Below are positions 29,601-41,523 of a DNA stretch of 64,000 nucleotides, piece by piece. The stretch is from Styela clava. Taxonomy: Eukaryota. Each line of letters opens with the position of its first letter. Position 1 is the first letter of the stretch. The position numbers were made by a program, and so were the translations under genes. The DNA lies in assembly GCF_964204865.1 (NCBI RefSeq), contig NC_135259.1, positions 5,394,001-5,458,000 of the forward strand, given 5' to 3'. The notes below the pieces were generated by a model that saw only the letters and a program-made list of their open reading frames with translations, did no database searches and was not told where the DNA came from.

Positions 29601-32600
29601 ATGTTATTCAATTTATGAAAATATTGTTTGTCAAATTAAATCTAATCTTATCAAAGTATTTGTTTGTGATTACTCTTAAAATTAAGTCAGATATTTTCAA
29701 ATGATCGCAATTCATGATGTATTGAGAACGATGTTATAGTAGTTTGAAAATAATAATAATAATAATCATAGACCTGTGAATTGAAAAGAACCGGTCCAAC
29801 TTCCATAACTTTTCGATGTGATTGCATTTTTTGATGTTCCAATGTAATTACTTCTTCCGTCGGATTTCCAAACATTAACTTTACCTCCTTCATTAGCTGA
29901 AAATTAATTAAATGGTTGGGGAACAAAAAGTGAAGATTATATAAAGGTGGATTGACAACATCATCTGAATCTTTGCTTAAGTGCAGGATATTCAACTGGC
30001 GTACCCCGCTCCAAATCCGTCCCTTTTGGTATTTCATTCGGACCGCTCTGATTCTGTATTTTGGAGTAGTAGTTCTCGAACTTTTTAAGCCGCGCCTCTT
30101 TTTTAGAAATTGTCAAGTCTCGTGCCCCACTTTCAAAAATTACTAGCTAACAATAACCTAAGAATAACAGAGGGTAAGGCGAAATTAAGTTTTATTCAAA
30201 GAAAACGTCGAAATACTTGGATGGAACGTAAATAAGGAAATAAATGAAACGTTTTGAAATGTAAATATCCAAAATAAGTCGGGAAAGATCAAATCTAACT
30301 ACTAATTTAAAGAGCTTCACGCCCCCTCAAAAAGCCCCCCCCCCCCCTCTAGTGGGGCGCGCTCCATCGTTCGAGAACCACTGTTTTGGAGCAGAATCCA
30401 TCTATTAAAGACTCTTATTTATTGTTTCAGAAGATTTATTCAACTATATACGCGAAGAACCGTAACGTTATAATGAAGTATGCTAATAGTACTGTCTTGA
30501 TTAGCAAATAATCATCAGCCGTAAATTGCAACGCGTGTTAAGGAGGTAGAATTTTATTTGCTTACTCGGTTTTCCAAGAATCGCCTTCCTGTTAACTTTC
30601 CAACCTCAAAGTTAGAGGCACAGAAATGTTTTTAGGCGTGCTGTGAAATATATTTTCTATCAAGACAGGACCCCAGTAATTTTGAAGTTTTGATTTATTA
30701 TCTATGGTGAGAATAGTTGAGTAGAGATGCCTTAGTGGATGCAATTTGTTATTTTATCTGTGGTTGGTCGGAAACTGTTACAGATATGAAGCGATGTTAT
30801 TCAATTTATGAAAATATTGTTTGTCAAATAAAATCTAATTTTATCAAAGTATTTGTATGTGATTACTCTTAAATTAAGTCACATATTGGAATCGATAACA
30901 TCATTTTCATATTCAATCCGGACCTTTAGACTTAGAGTATTCGATTCGGACCTCATCATATTTTTTATTTCAGAGTATTGGCCCCATTAACTTTGGATAT
31001 GGAATTTATTTTTTGATTAAATAAATACCTTTTATATAGTGTTCAAGAGTTTTTTCATCATTCACTCATATTTGCACCTACTTACGTACGAAAATTACTG
31101 TGACGTCATGACAAATGCGAATAGCGCTATTTTGATGGTACTCCCGAAGTATGTGAATCAAAATGCGGGACACCGGAACGTAGTATGTGTACCAGGTTAG
31201 GGTTAGGCCATAATTTATTCCAATTCGCCTTATTTTTGTTTTATTACGAGTTCGGAGACCAGCCAAGTGACGCCCGTAGTATTTGTACCTGAAATCATAG
31301 CCTAACCTTAACCTGGTACACGTACTACGTTCCGGTGTCTTGGTTCACATACGTCGGGAGTACCATTTTAATTATCAAATAATTATCAGCCAAAAACTAC
31401 AATGCGCTTTAAGAATGTAGAATTTTTATTTTTTTTTTGCGGTTTTCAGTTTTCCACAAATTGTTTTTTTTTTTCAACTTTTTAACCTCAAAACTGATGC
31501 ACTGAAATATATTTAGGTGCACTGTGAAGTGTATTTTTGGAAAGAGATGACCCCTGTTATTTTGAAATGGATACGATATGTTCTTTGTGATTAATCAGAA
31601 TATGTTACACGTATGAAATAAAATATTTTAATTTGTACGAATATTGATCATCAAATAAAATCGAATTTGATCAAAAATATGAAAACGTAATTACTCTTAA
31701 AATTAAGGATAAGCTTTTGGAATATTCGTAATTGATGATGTGATAAAATCGTGTTATAGTATTTTGACAATAATGATGATGTTGCGTTACCTTCTATCAC
31801 ACCGTCATGAATAGCAGCAGCACAAATGTAAGAATCGTCTGTGTAGATTGCGCTTCCCCATAATCTAGAAACATGTGAATCACATCCACTGGGACAAACA
31901 ACAGTGAAATGATCTTCATCATAGTTATTTGCTTGTGTAGTACATGATATGGTTTCTAAAATTAGCAAGAGAGCAATGCGAAGTTGTATGGACACAAATA
32001 ACAAAATGAAATATTTTACCCACAATTTTGCAAAATCACATATTGAACGAAACTGGAACTGTGGAACAACACTGTTGGTATCTTACCAAGGACGGTACTC
32101 GGACTGTTCGAACATTCGCAGGTTTATTGAGGATAATAATTCATGCGTCCAGTCTCCACATGGATCGAATTAACGATTGATTCGAGTCGCAACTGTAGTA
32201 TCAAATCTCCTACAGTCCCGACAATCTACCGTACCTCATCAAAAAACTTCTTATTTTCGCTGAGCACGAGTTCCTCTGATTGCGATCACGGGGCCGCATC
32301 ACGGTGCGAAATATTCAATTTGTCACACAAAAATTTAATTAAAGTCAAAAACGAATCTTATACAGCCCAGAGCACATTTTGAAATAAATATAAGTAATTA
32401 ATAGTCTCCTAGCGATATCAAACATTTTTTTACCCACTAATATTTTCAAAAGCAACCGTTCTAGTAGTTAAGGAAAAAGGCATTTTTTTCACAGCAACAA
32501 CAAGAAAAATAAAATTAACAACAACTTTATAACAAAGTGGCCCATGGGTCTACTTCTTTTCCAATATTTACAAAAGTAGTTCTTTTAAAACATTTCAAGT

Positions 32601-35600
32601 AGTTTCAAATCAGATATATTATACTTACGTTGGACAATTTCGGAATCTGGAAATTAAAAAAAAAATACAAGTCAAATATGTATAATGCCTAATTTATAAT
32701 TCAACATGCAAAACAATTATCATTGATCTATGTATTTATTGCAGTTTAAAAATTAAAGACCTGTGAATTGAAAAGAACTGCTCCAACTTCCATAACTTTT
32801 TGATGTGATTCCATTTCTTGATGTTCCATAGTAATTGCTTCTTCCGTCGGATTTCCAAACATTAACTTTGCCTCCTGCATTGCCTCCTGTAAAATTAAAT
32901 ATAGCTCCATGCTTTTTTAAAAATTTATTTAAACAAAGGGCAAATAATATCATCTTAATCCTTGCCTTAGTGAAAATAATTACTCTTCGAATTAAGGCTT
33001 AGATTTCAAATGATCGTAATTAATGATTTGTTTAAAACGATGTTTGGTAGTTTGATAATAAGAATGATCTTGCGTTACCTTCTATCACACCGTCATGAAT
33101 AGCCGCAGCACAAATGTAAGAATCATCTGTGTAGATTACGCTTCCCCATAATCTGGAAACATGTGAATCACATCCACTGGGACAAACAACAGTGAAATGA
33201 TTTTCATCATAGTTATTTGCTTGTGTGGTGCAAGATGTTGCTTCTGGAAAATGAATCTTTACATTGATTATCTTTGTCTTGTGTTAGAAAAACTTAAACT
33301 CGTTCCAAATGTGTGTTTCACTTACGCTGATTGTTTCTGGAATCTATAGAATAAAATAATAGGTATGAATATGTATCGTCACGTCATCGCTTTCTTTAGA
33401 GTAGAATTATTTAATATATAACTCACCAGTAAATTGAAACGAGCCACCCCAACTTCCATAACTTTTTGAAGTGATTCCATTTCTAGATGTTCCAGAGTAA
33501 CTGCTTCTTCCATTAGATTTCCAAACTGTAACGTCACCCCCATTAGTAGCTAAAAATAAAATATGTTAAGCAGGGGATAACATTGGTGAATAAGGCATCG
33601 GTTCCTTAACTTAATTACATTACAACAGTATGTGTTTTCTGTCTTGTGCTTTTAATTTTATGCTTAATATAATGTGTAACTAAATATATGTCTATATATT
33701 TAATTAGAAAAAATTTTTTGATATAGCATGGCGTTACCTTCAATCACTCCGGCGTGAATTGCTGCTGCACAAATGTAAGAATCATCTGTGTAAACTATAG
33801 TTCCCCACAATCTGGAGGTGTGTGAGTCGCATCCGCTCGGACAAGTTGCAACGAAATGATTTTGATTGTTGCTATTTGCCTGTTTTGTGCACAGAACTGT
33901 TTCTGCAAAAAACAAAAAAACATAGAGAGCAATGCTCAAATATGTGGACACGAAATCCATTTTTTTCAAAACAGCAATAACAACAAGTGGGCAATTTTCA
34001 AATATAAGAACACGTCGGCCGAACATAATATTTTACCCGCAAGAAGCTTGTCAAAGTGTGGCGGCGATCGCCCATAATAGCGTCTGCGACAACGAACTCA
34101 CTAAAGACTGGAAAAATCTATGTTTCAACTATTGGCGTGATTGTGTCGTCGCAGAGACCTTAATTTTGGATGTACAAGTTTGGGATCAGGTATGACATAT
34201 GCAATTATTTTTACGCAACGGCCACTGATATTACACTACACTAGCCCCCGATTTCCTACTGTCCCAATAACCCATAGGTCCACTTCCTATTGAACAATGC
34301 TCAAATATATGAACACGAAAGCGATAACGAAGTAGTGTGGGTATGTAATTTTCCACAGTACCAGTACCGTAGGTTTCCCGACTTCCACTGACCACCAAAT
34401 TGCTAAGATTGGAATTGTGGATCGGAACCACAAAGTGCACAATTTTTATTATTGATGGCGTTATCACGCATAAAAAAAACGAATTCCCTAAAGGCCGCAG
34501 AAATTTTAAAATAAATAATAGCTTTCTAGCGACAAACACAATCTTTAACCACCTAAAATTGTAAACAATTGGCACAGCAGAAGAGAGAAGGAAGCAATTT
34601 TGTCATAACAACAGCAAAAGGAATTCTAATAACAACAACAAAATATTACTAAAATTATCTATAAGTTCATTTCGTGTTCAACAAGAAAAAATACCGTCAA
34701 CAACAGCAACAATATATTAACAAACCGATACATAGGTTCACTTCATGTCTAAAAACATGAAATTTTAACGCAAATATTGATAAAATATTAACAGCAGAAA
34801 TAAAAACATGGACAAAAATACTCGTACAACCCACGAGAATGATATCAGTACGAGTTTGCTGTTTTGTTCGAAAAGCTGATTGACTTGGGATTTCGGGCAT
34901 TTTTCCTGCCAACATATTGAACAATGGTCCCGACGGACCAAACTCACCTAAATTGATTGCTCCACAAAATTTCCAAAAATACTCATTATCATTTATATAT
35001 ACTGTGGTTTACCATTGTAACAATATTTTCCTATTTCTCAACAACTTTAATTGCCAATTCTAATTCATATGTCAATTTTGATCGCTATATTGATAGGCAA
35101 TTTGATTTCACTGATTGAAAAACAAATAGTTCAAAATTGGTATTCCACGAGTATGCGCACCAAGATGTCTCACAACCTGAACTCTGACTTTGTACACAAC
35201 CTGAGTTCAGGTTGTGCGCCATCTTGGTGCGCATACTTCAGGAGGTCCTAAAAATTAGTCTTAAAATTGCCCCCATTGTCCGCACTTGCGATTGAATTTT
35301 CAAGAGTTGTTTGCTATTTAACCGGATTTATTTTGAATTTGCCCACAGAAAATAAAAATAATACCTTCAAGTTCAACCTTTGGTGAGTCTAAATAGAGAA
35401 TAAAATTTAAAGTAAGAATTAATAAATGTAAAAAAATTCATTCATGCATTACATATATATTACAAATGTCAGCAACAGGTAGAATAATATTTCCATATAA
35501 TTTTATAGTTATCTACTCACCAGTAAAATGAAAAGATCCTCTCCAATACCCATAGCTTTTTGAGGTGATTCCATTTTTTGTGGTACTAGAGTAAGCGCTC

Positions 35601-36396
35601 CTTGAGCCAGATTTCCATACTTTTACATAGCCTCCATCAACTGGGTGAAGTTTACATAAAAAGACGTTTCAGGTGATTTCGAAAAGGATAACATTGTTAA
35701 TTATTGTTTTACCATTTCCGTGCTAGTTTTAGTTTAAATTGGTATTGAATAAAATAGTAATATAAATACACATCTTCATCTTTACATTATCTTTATAATG
35801 ATTTTCACCTGTCAACTTTCCTTCATGGATTGCTGCTGCGCAGATGTATGAGTCGTCTGTGTATACTGTTGTTCCCCAGAGCCTGTTCGTGAACGCATCG
35901 CAACCCGCCGGGCAGTGGATTCCGAATGATTGACCCTGATGATCCCTTGCCATGTGTTTGCATGTTGTAATGCCATCATTTGCAACTGAAAGTTGAAATG
36001 AATTAATAATCAAAGGTATGCATTTCATTAAATTAGACAGAGCATAATTTGTAGCAAATAAAATTTTAGTTTTATCAAATTGTAAGCTCGATATCTGGAC
36101 CATTCGACAAATGAAAAACTGACTATTTTTCAAACAGCAGCATCATTGTCGATTCCAAAAATCACGGCATACCTTGTTTGTATACAATTTATAGGAAGTT
36201 TTTGAACAATTGAAAGTTTTTTGAGCATGCCATATAGCAACGACACGATAAATCAAAATCCAACTCCTCAACTCGCATGTAAACTAGTATATAAATTTAT
36301 TTATATAAAGTATTTGTACTCACTTGTAAAACAATTTACAACATTGGCTGTCGTCAGTATACCAAATAAAAATATAACCTTTGTCTTCATCTCCAT
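23649..36396 (-). CDS. Secreted protein of 8 tandem LCCL domains (26 exons, ~867 aa)
   Basis: Signal-peptide exon 36396-36324 (MEMKTKVIFLFGILTTANVVNC). Each LCCL domain is split into exon A (C..CPxGC..LWG..YTDDSYICAAAIHxG) and exon B (GGxVxVWKxxGRSxYxGxxxNGITSKSYGxWxGSF): 35985-35809/35640-35521; 33902-33738/33549-33427; 33243-33079/32886-32761; 31955-31791/29896-29774; 28778-28614/27946-27824; 27595-27431/27147-27025; 26791-26627/26428-26306; 26185-25994/25194-25072. Linker microexons: 35388-35365, 33343-33326, 32646-32629, 29392-29375, 27705-27688, 26905-26876. Tail exons: 24370-24347, 24094-24074, 23665-23649 (VEDEP*), with AATAAA about 60 nt downstream. All introns are phase 1 and the total is 2604 nt. 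The tail exons are the least certain part. Confidence 0.9.
25225..25938 (-). mobile_element. Two tandem HINE/DINE-1-like elements (25225-25500 and 25632-25938)
   Basis: Two highly similar copies of ~280-300 bp. Each has subterminal inverted repeats ACTTATCGAT/ATCGATAAGT, a terminal hairpin ACTTACCGATTAAAATCGATAAGT and a (GTCT/GTAT)n microsatellite, which is the architecture of Helentron-associated interspersed elements. Confidence 0.75.
28786..29335 (+). mobile_element. Family B element in LCCL intron; co-duplicated copy at 31964-32565
   Basis: Starts AAGAGAGCAATGCGAAATTGTATGGACAC and ends ATGTCCACTTCTTTCCCAATA. It is colinear with 31964-32565. Confidence 0.75.
30067..30383. mobile_element. 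Non-autonomous hAT MITE in LCCL intron
   Basis: TIRs TAGTAGTTCTCGAAC / GTTCGAGAACCACTG with an exact 8-bp TSD TTTTGGAG (30059-30066 and 30384-30391). Confidence 0.88.
31137..31364. mobile_element. Family C long-TIR MITE
   Basis: GGTACTCCCGAAGTATGTGAA ... TTCACATACGTCGGGAGTACC. It is absent from the paralogous intron segment near 28200. Confidence 0.85.
33920..34685 (+). mobile_element. Two head-to-tail family B elements
   Basis: GAGAGCAATGCTCAAATATGTGGACACG at ~33925, then ATAGGTCCACTTCC directly followed by a second CAATGCTCAAATATATGAACACG at ~34295. The pair ends AAGTTCATTTCGTGTTCAAC at ~34680. Confidence 0.65.
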
Positions 36397-37917
36397 GTAA
36401 CAAGATAGCAATGCAGTAAACTTAATTTGTTGATGCAGTTTTAACCACATTCCAAACATCTGCAGCTTAAAATTGCAGCACAAATGTAGTTACAGCAATA
36501 TAGGTGAGTACGTTATGTCAGAGTTGGACCAAATATCACAGGTTCGTTTTGGATTTAGATTCAGGCTTGAACGTGAATATTTCATAGCTTGGCGGGGAAA
36601 GTTTTTGCTCAAGGCGTTTCAGTAATGCGCACTATACCTTGTTCACGTCCTGTCAATAAGCCTTAGTTGCCATTTAATTGGCTTGGATACGATCTACATG
36701 AAGATAAAAAGTTAGTGTTGTTACCCCGCTTACGAGCGTCAATCCCATCGGGTATTTCTGTAATATATATTTTAATATTATACACTCAATTGTTTCAACC
36801 CTATCCCTATCAAACATTCTATGCCCCAAAACAGAAAACTATCAAAAAAGTCTGCAGTGAAATTGTTATTACAATGCACGACACTTGTCTTTCCAGTTCG
36901 ATTCAGCCTCAGAACTTCAGTTTTCATTCAAGCGCGTGACCTAATTTTTCTAAATATTCATCAAATTACTTACTTGATGAGGTTTCGATAAATGTTCTTC
37001 TGTTTACTGACCACGAAAACAGCGTCAAGTTGAACGGCAAATGTTTTACATCTTTGTGAATATATTCAGAATTATTAAACAATTTCTTTGGCGACGATAA
37101 TTTGAAAATATTAGCCTATATTTCTTTGTGGCCAAATTTAATGCCCAGTCGTACATATCATGTATGAAAGAGCAACTATTTAATTACCATTGCATAAATT
37201 TTTTTGTGTTCAGAAATCGAGTCTTATTAGTAAATAACATCTTCTCATTTTTGAGACTTTGATACATATTTGTCTCACTTCTACTGGTCCAACATTTTAC
37301 AACATTTCATAATCAAAAAATTAATATTCTGATTGCAATATTTTTCAAATGTGCAAATGCCAATGACAAAGTCCCATTGAGTCTTCTTATCTTTCATTTT
37401 AAACATAGATTCAACCATTTTAATTCCAACGTCACATCAATGACCTTTATTAAATTAACAACCCCATTATTATTTTTTTACTAAAAAAAATCCTGGTGCA
37501 TTTATTCATTTACATATGTAACCATGCAAAATTTTTGAACATTATTTATAGAGTTCCAGTCGCCGATAGTTTTTGAATTTGAAAGAGCTTTTATACTTTT
37601 TTTTTTAGTATTGCCTTACAGAAATTTTGGTAAAATCATAAGTTTTATTGTAGAATCCCTCCAGTTGTTTAACAGCCTACTTTATATTATGTTTGATCTT
37701 TGAAATTTGTACTTCTTGCATAATGTCGTTTCAACCTGTTTGCTATTTTATTTTTTTGATTAGTAACAATTACATCTCCATTTTTTCTGTAAAACATTCG
37801 TCCAAATCTATTTTCATTTTATCTTTGAAAATTATTCTCTGAGTATCTTTTTGCTCGCGAAGGGGACATATGGATGGTTTTGTTAAGCTGTTGTTATTGT
37901 CAGTATTATTCTTGGTA

Positions 37918-38930
37918 GTTTTGGACACGGAGTGGACCTATGGTTTTGTTATTATGTTGTTGTTGTTCTTGTTGTTGGTATTTTCTTCTTGTTGTTGTAA
38001 AAAATCGCTTTTCAATGGACCAATTGTTTTGAAATTTTCATTGGTGAAAAATTATTGTTGTCGCTATTACTTTTATTTATTTTAAAAAAAATTGTGGGTT
38101 TTATGGAATTCGGTTTTCTTTTGGACGTTTTGTGTGGTGATGTCAACAAAATTGAAATTAATTGTAGAGGTTCCGCGCCCGCATGTCAGGGGATCTCGTT
38201 TTTAGCGGAAGTCGGAAGTTTTTTACAGTGTTCGGTAGACTACGGTACGCCGATGTAAAAAAAAATCAAAAAACAGTTGTGGCACGTATCCATTGGCATT
38301 TCAATATACGGGTGAAACTGGAAGCATGAATCACCATAGCCACAGGACCTAATACAGTCTAATACAGTCCGGGTATCGTTTCCGGTACCCTGAAACAGTT
38401 ACTGGTAATGTGTTCCACAGTTCCAGTTCAGGATATAATTTTCGGGGAATTGTTGGTTAATAATGTTTTTTTTTGCCTTTCGTTGTCATATATTGCAGGA
38501 TGGCATTCTTGTTCTTCTTGTTGTGGAAATATCGTTTTTCTTTTTAACTTTTTGGTCAATTACTTTGAAATCATCAAAATTAAGAAATTGCGCACCGTGT
38601 GGGGGTTCCGCGACCGCATTTCCGCGATCTGATGCGCAGCAAAGTCGAAGGTTTTATGATAAGTTTGACAAACTACTGCTACTGTGAAAGATTGGATACT
38701 ATACAGTTGTGATCGAATCATTTGGTATTTCGATTCATGTTGAATCGTCATGAATGAATCATCATGACATGCGAAAGCTGGGACAGTCCGGGTACCGGTA
38801 CTGCTGGTAAGTTACGGTACCTAGCTGTTTCGCAGTCCCAACTTCGTTCATGGTATGGTTTGGCGGGAATTGTGGTTAAACAATTTCGTTTTGGTCTTTG
38901 TATCCCTATATTCGAACATTGCTCTCTTGT
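37918..38930 (-). mobile_element. Family B element (long, probably composite)
   Basis: Starts TTGGACACGGAGTGGACCTA, continues with a (TTG)n tract and GGACCAATTGTTTTGAAATTTTCA, and ends TATATTCGAACATTGCTCTCTTGTT. Confidence 0.7.
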
Positions 38931-40050
38931 TGAAGAAAACAAAGACCTAATTTAAACAACTTTTCTGTCTTGTACACATTATCATGGTCTTTACTGCGAA
39001 GTTTCGTTTTATTTCAAGGTTGTTTCATTATATTTTATTAATTATCTTTAGGATCGGCCTATCCATAAATGGCTAATCTGTGTCATAATTTGGGATTATG
39101 GCTAAATTAAATGTATTTTGGGGGTCAATAGTATTTCATAGTGGTCTGCATGTGAACAAAACCAATTTCAAAACTCAAAATGTTTTAGTTTAAATTATCC
39201 ATGCTTGATCCGAGTGTTCTTAACCACGGTGACGTCATCATATTTTTTTATGTATCATTTTTATTTTACTACAAGGTCAAATTTTATTTGTATGAATCTG
39301 TTGGTATTTGAAAACGAAGTAGGCTATTCTGAACGCGCGAGCAACCTTTTCTGGCTCATAATAAACAAACAAAGATACCAGACAGCACGCGATCAAATAC
39401 TCTTCGATAAAACGAATATAACTTCACTTCAAAAGCCCACTCTTGTTTTGTTTTAAAGGTGACGTAAAGCTCATCCAAAAGAGAACTCTTTTGCTCGCAT
39501 ATCGATCGTGTGTTGATCACAGCGTTAAAAGTGAGAAACTTTTTCTCAAAATTTTCTAAAATTTCTCTTTTCTTACCGGCGTATGGTCGGACTACTGAAC
39601 TGAAAATATATGGAACGATCTTCTCTCTCGTTTTGCGTTGTCTCGCCGCGGGATCATTTGATCGCCGCCATCTTGGCATTCATGCTTCCAAGGTTTCTTC
39701 GTGTTGCATATGGTTTTGGCCAGTTTTCGTCTATTTTACTACCCATTGCGCCGCATATGGATGTATATGCGACACTTTGTGAGTATTCAAATACAATTGT
39801 ATTCGAGTTGCATTTTTAGAGCCTGATGTGGATCTCGTTATTGAAAAAAATTGGTCGTTCAGACGATTGCACAATAGATATATAAGTGGAAACAATTGTT
39901 TTTGCCTGGTGACATAAAATGCAATAACCTCCACCGGGAAAATTTCACTAGTAGTATGGGACGAAGAGAAATTTAGTTGATACTGCCGTAGTCTGTGTAC
40001 CAGGTTGGGGTTAGGCCATCCCTTTATTCTGACTTTTCTTATTTTAGTTC

Positions 40051-40383
40051 GGCGGTGTGGTGTATCGTGCTAAGCGTTAGGAATACGCTCGCCACCGCAT
40101 CTCTCATCACCCTCTGTGGTATCACAGGTTCGCATCCCATGCGGGGATGATCATGTGCGAGATGATTACTGGACTCCTCGCCGCCGTAGGGTGGTTCACG
40201 TAACCGCTGGTCGGTTACGGCTTCCTCCACCATCAAGTCCATGCTTCCGAAAACAAATATCTGGCTAAATAATCCCATACCCGACCTGTACTGGTAACCG
40301 GACGAGAGGTCGTGGTTCGCCATATGATTGAGCCGTCCTAACAGCTTTCCTCTCCCTCGGGATAAATATGTAAATCCTAATCC
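40051..40383 (+). mobile_element. tRNA-derived SINE inserted into a family C-like MITE
   Basis: GC-rich 333 bp with a 5' A-box-like GTGGTGTATCGTG, B box GGTTCGCATCC (40127-40137) and an (ATCCTA)n-like tail. It is flanked by a 6-bp duplication TAGTTC (40045-40050, 40384-40389). The flanks rejoin into sequence matching the MITE at ~31230. Confidence 0.82.
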
Positions 40384-41523
40384 TAGTTCTATTACGAGTT
40401 CGGGTACTGCGTGTGTTACCCAAGTGAATAATATACCTTTCAGTCTCTTTACACAACTTGATGTAAAGTAGGCGAACAACATTAGTTACCTCCATATAGG
40501 TACACACACTTCTGGAGCGCCCTTTAGTACTAGGTATATGTATATCTCCAGTAGGCCACTACGGCGCCAGGCCACACAAAATACCTACTTACGGCAATAA
40601 AATATGGCCAAATATAGGCAAATAGGGAATCGATTCCCATAAGCCATCTTGGCTGATGTTCTGTGGTCGTTTTTATTCGCTTTTGACTGATTCGTTGGCC
40701 ATATTATTAACAGCGACTTACGCATATCCATATACCTGCCAAAATTAGACTGTATGGTAAGCTGGGGTAGGATTAGCGTTTGATATATAATGAGAAACGA
40801 ATCAAGAACATGCGAATATCCAAAAAAAATCGACGCAAATAATTAATTCCTGTCAAATCCCATAAGAAATGCATTGCGCACATAGGAAAAGTTGGAAGCA
40901 TATCGTCAAAACGAGAGAGGCTTCAAATGGTCCCGCGAAAACGAAAGAGAAGCACACTCTATATTTATATATCTCTGTGGTTCGGACGCGTTCGCGCTAC
41001 GTAATTTGGGCGCGTTTTAGTGGGAAGCGGCGAAAATAAGCTTCTTAAACAGATATTGGGAAATGTACTAGCGTGTTTGGTTAACTATTTATGTCATATA
41101 TAAAAGGGGTATAAAAAGTCAATTTGAACCAGCGTATATTAAGGTTTTCTTTTCCATTTACCACATACCCATTTTTATCTTACTCTATTTATTAAATTAA
41201 AATGTTTCCAATTTCGTTCCCATATTTTCCATTTATTTCAATTTTACAAAATACATATCACCATCTGTACTTTTTTATTCCGCTAGGTGGAGTAAAATCA
41301 AATCTAAATGTCTTGTTGGGTTAGCGAACTGAGTTTATACATTATGCATATATGTTCTACACATAAACAAATATTTACATTATATGAAACCTTTTAAGAC
41401 AGTATTCTAGAGAAACCAACGTTAAAACAAGGATATACTTTGTTTCTCAAATATACCGAAAGAATTAAAGACTATGAGAGTCTTAGGCGGTTACGTATAA
41501 ACCAAATTTATCTCTATAATTGT

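Noticed and set aside
25072-35985. Regular repeats resembling a CRISPR or other prokaryotic array
   Set aside because: The repeats are spliced coding exons of a eukaryotic gene, not short direct repeats with spacers.
36920-37860. A-rich minus-strand stretch that looks like decayed coding sequence
   Set aside because: Many stops and frameshifts and no identifiable motif, so no call can be supported.
40039-40482. 147-aa minus-strand ORF
   Set aside because: It is the antisense of the GC-rich SINE and MITE, with no protein features.
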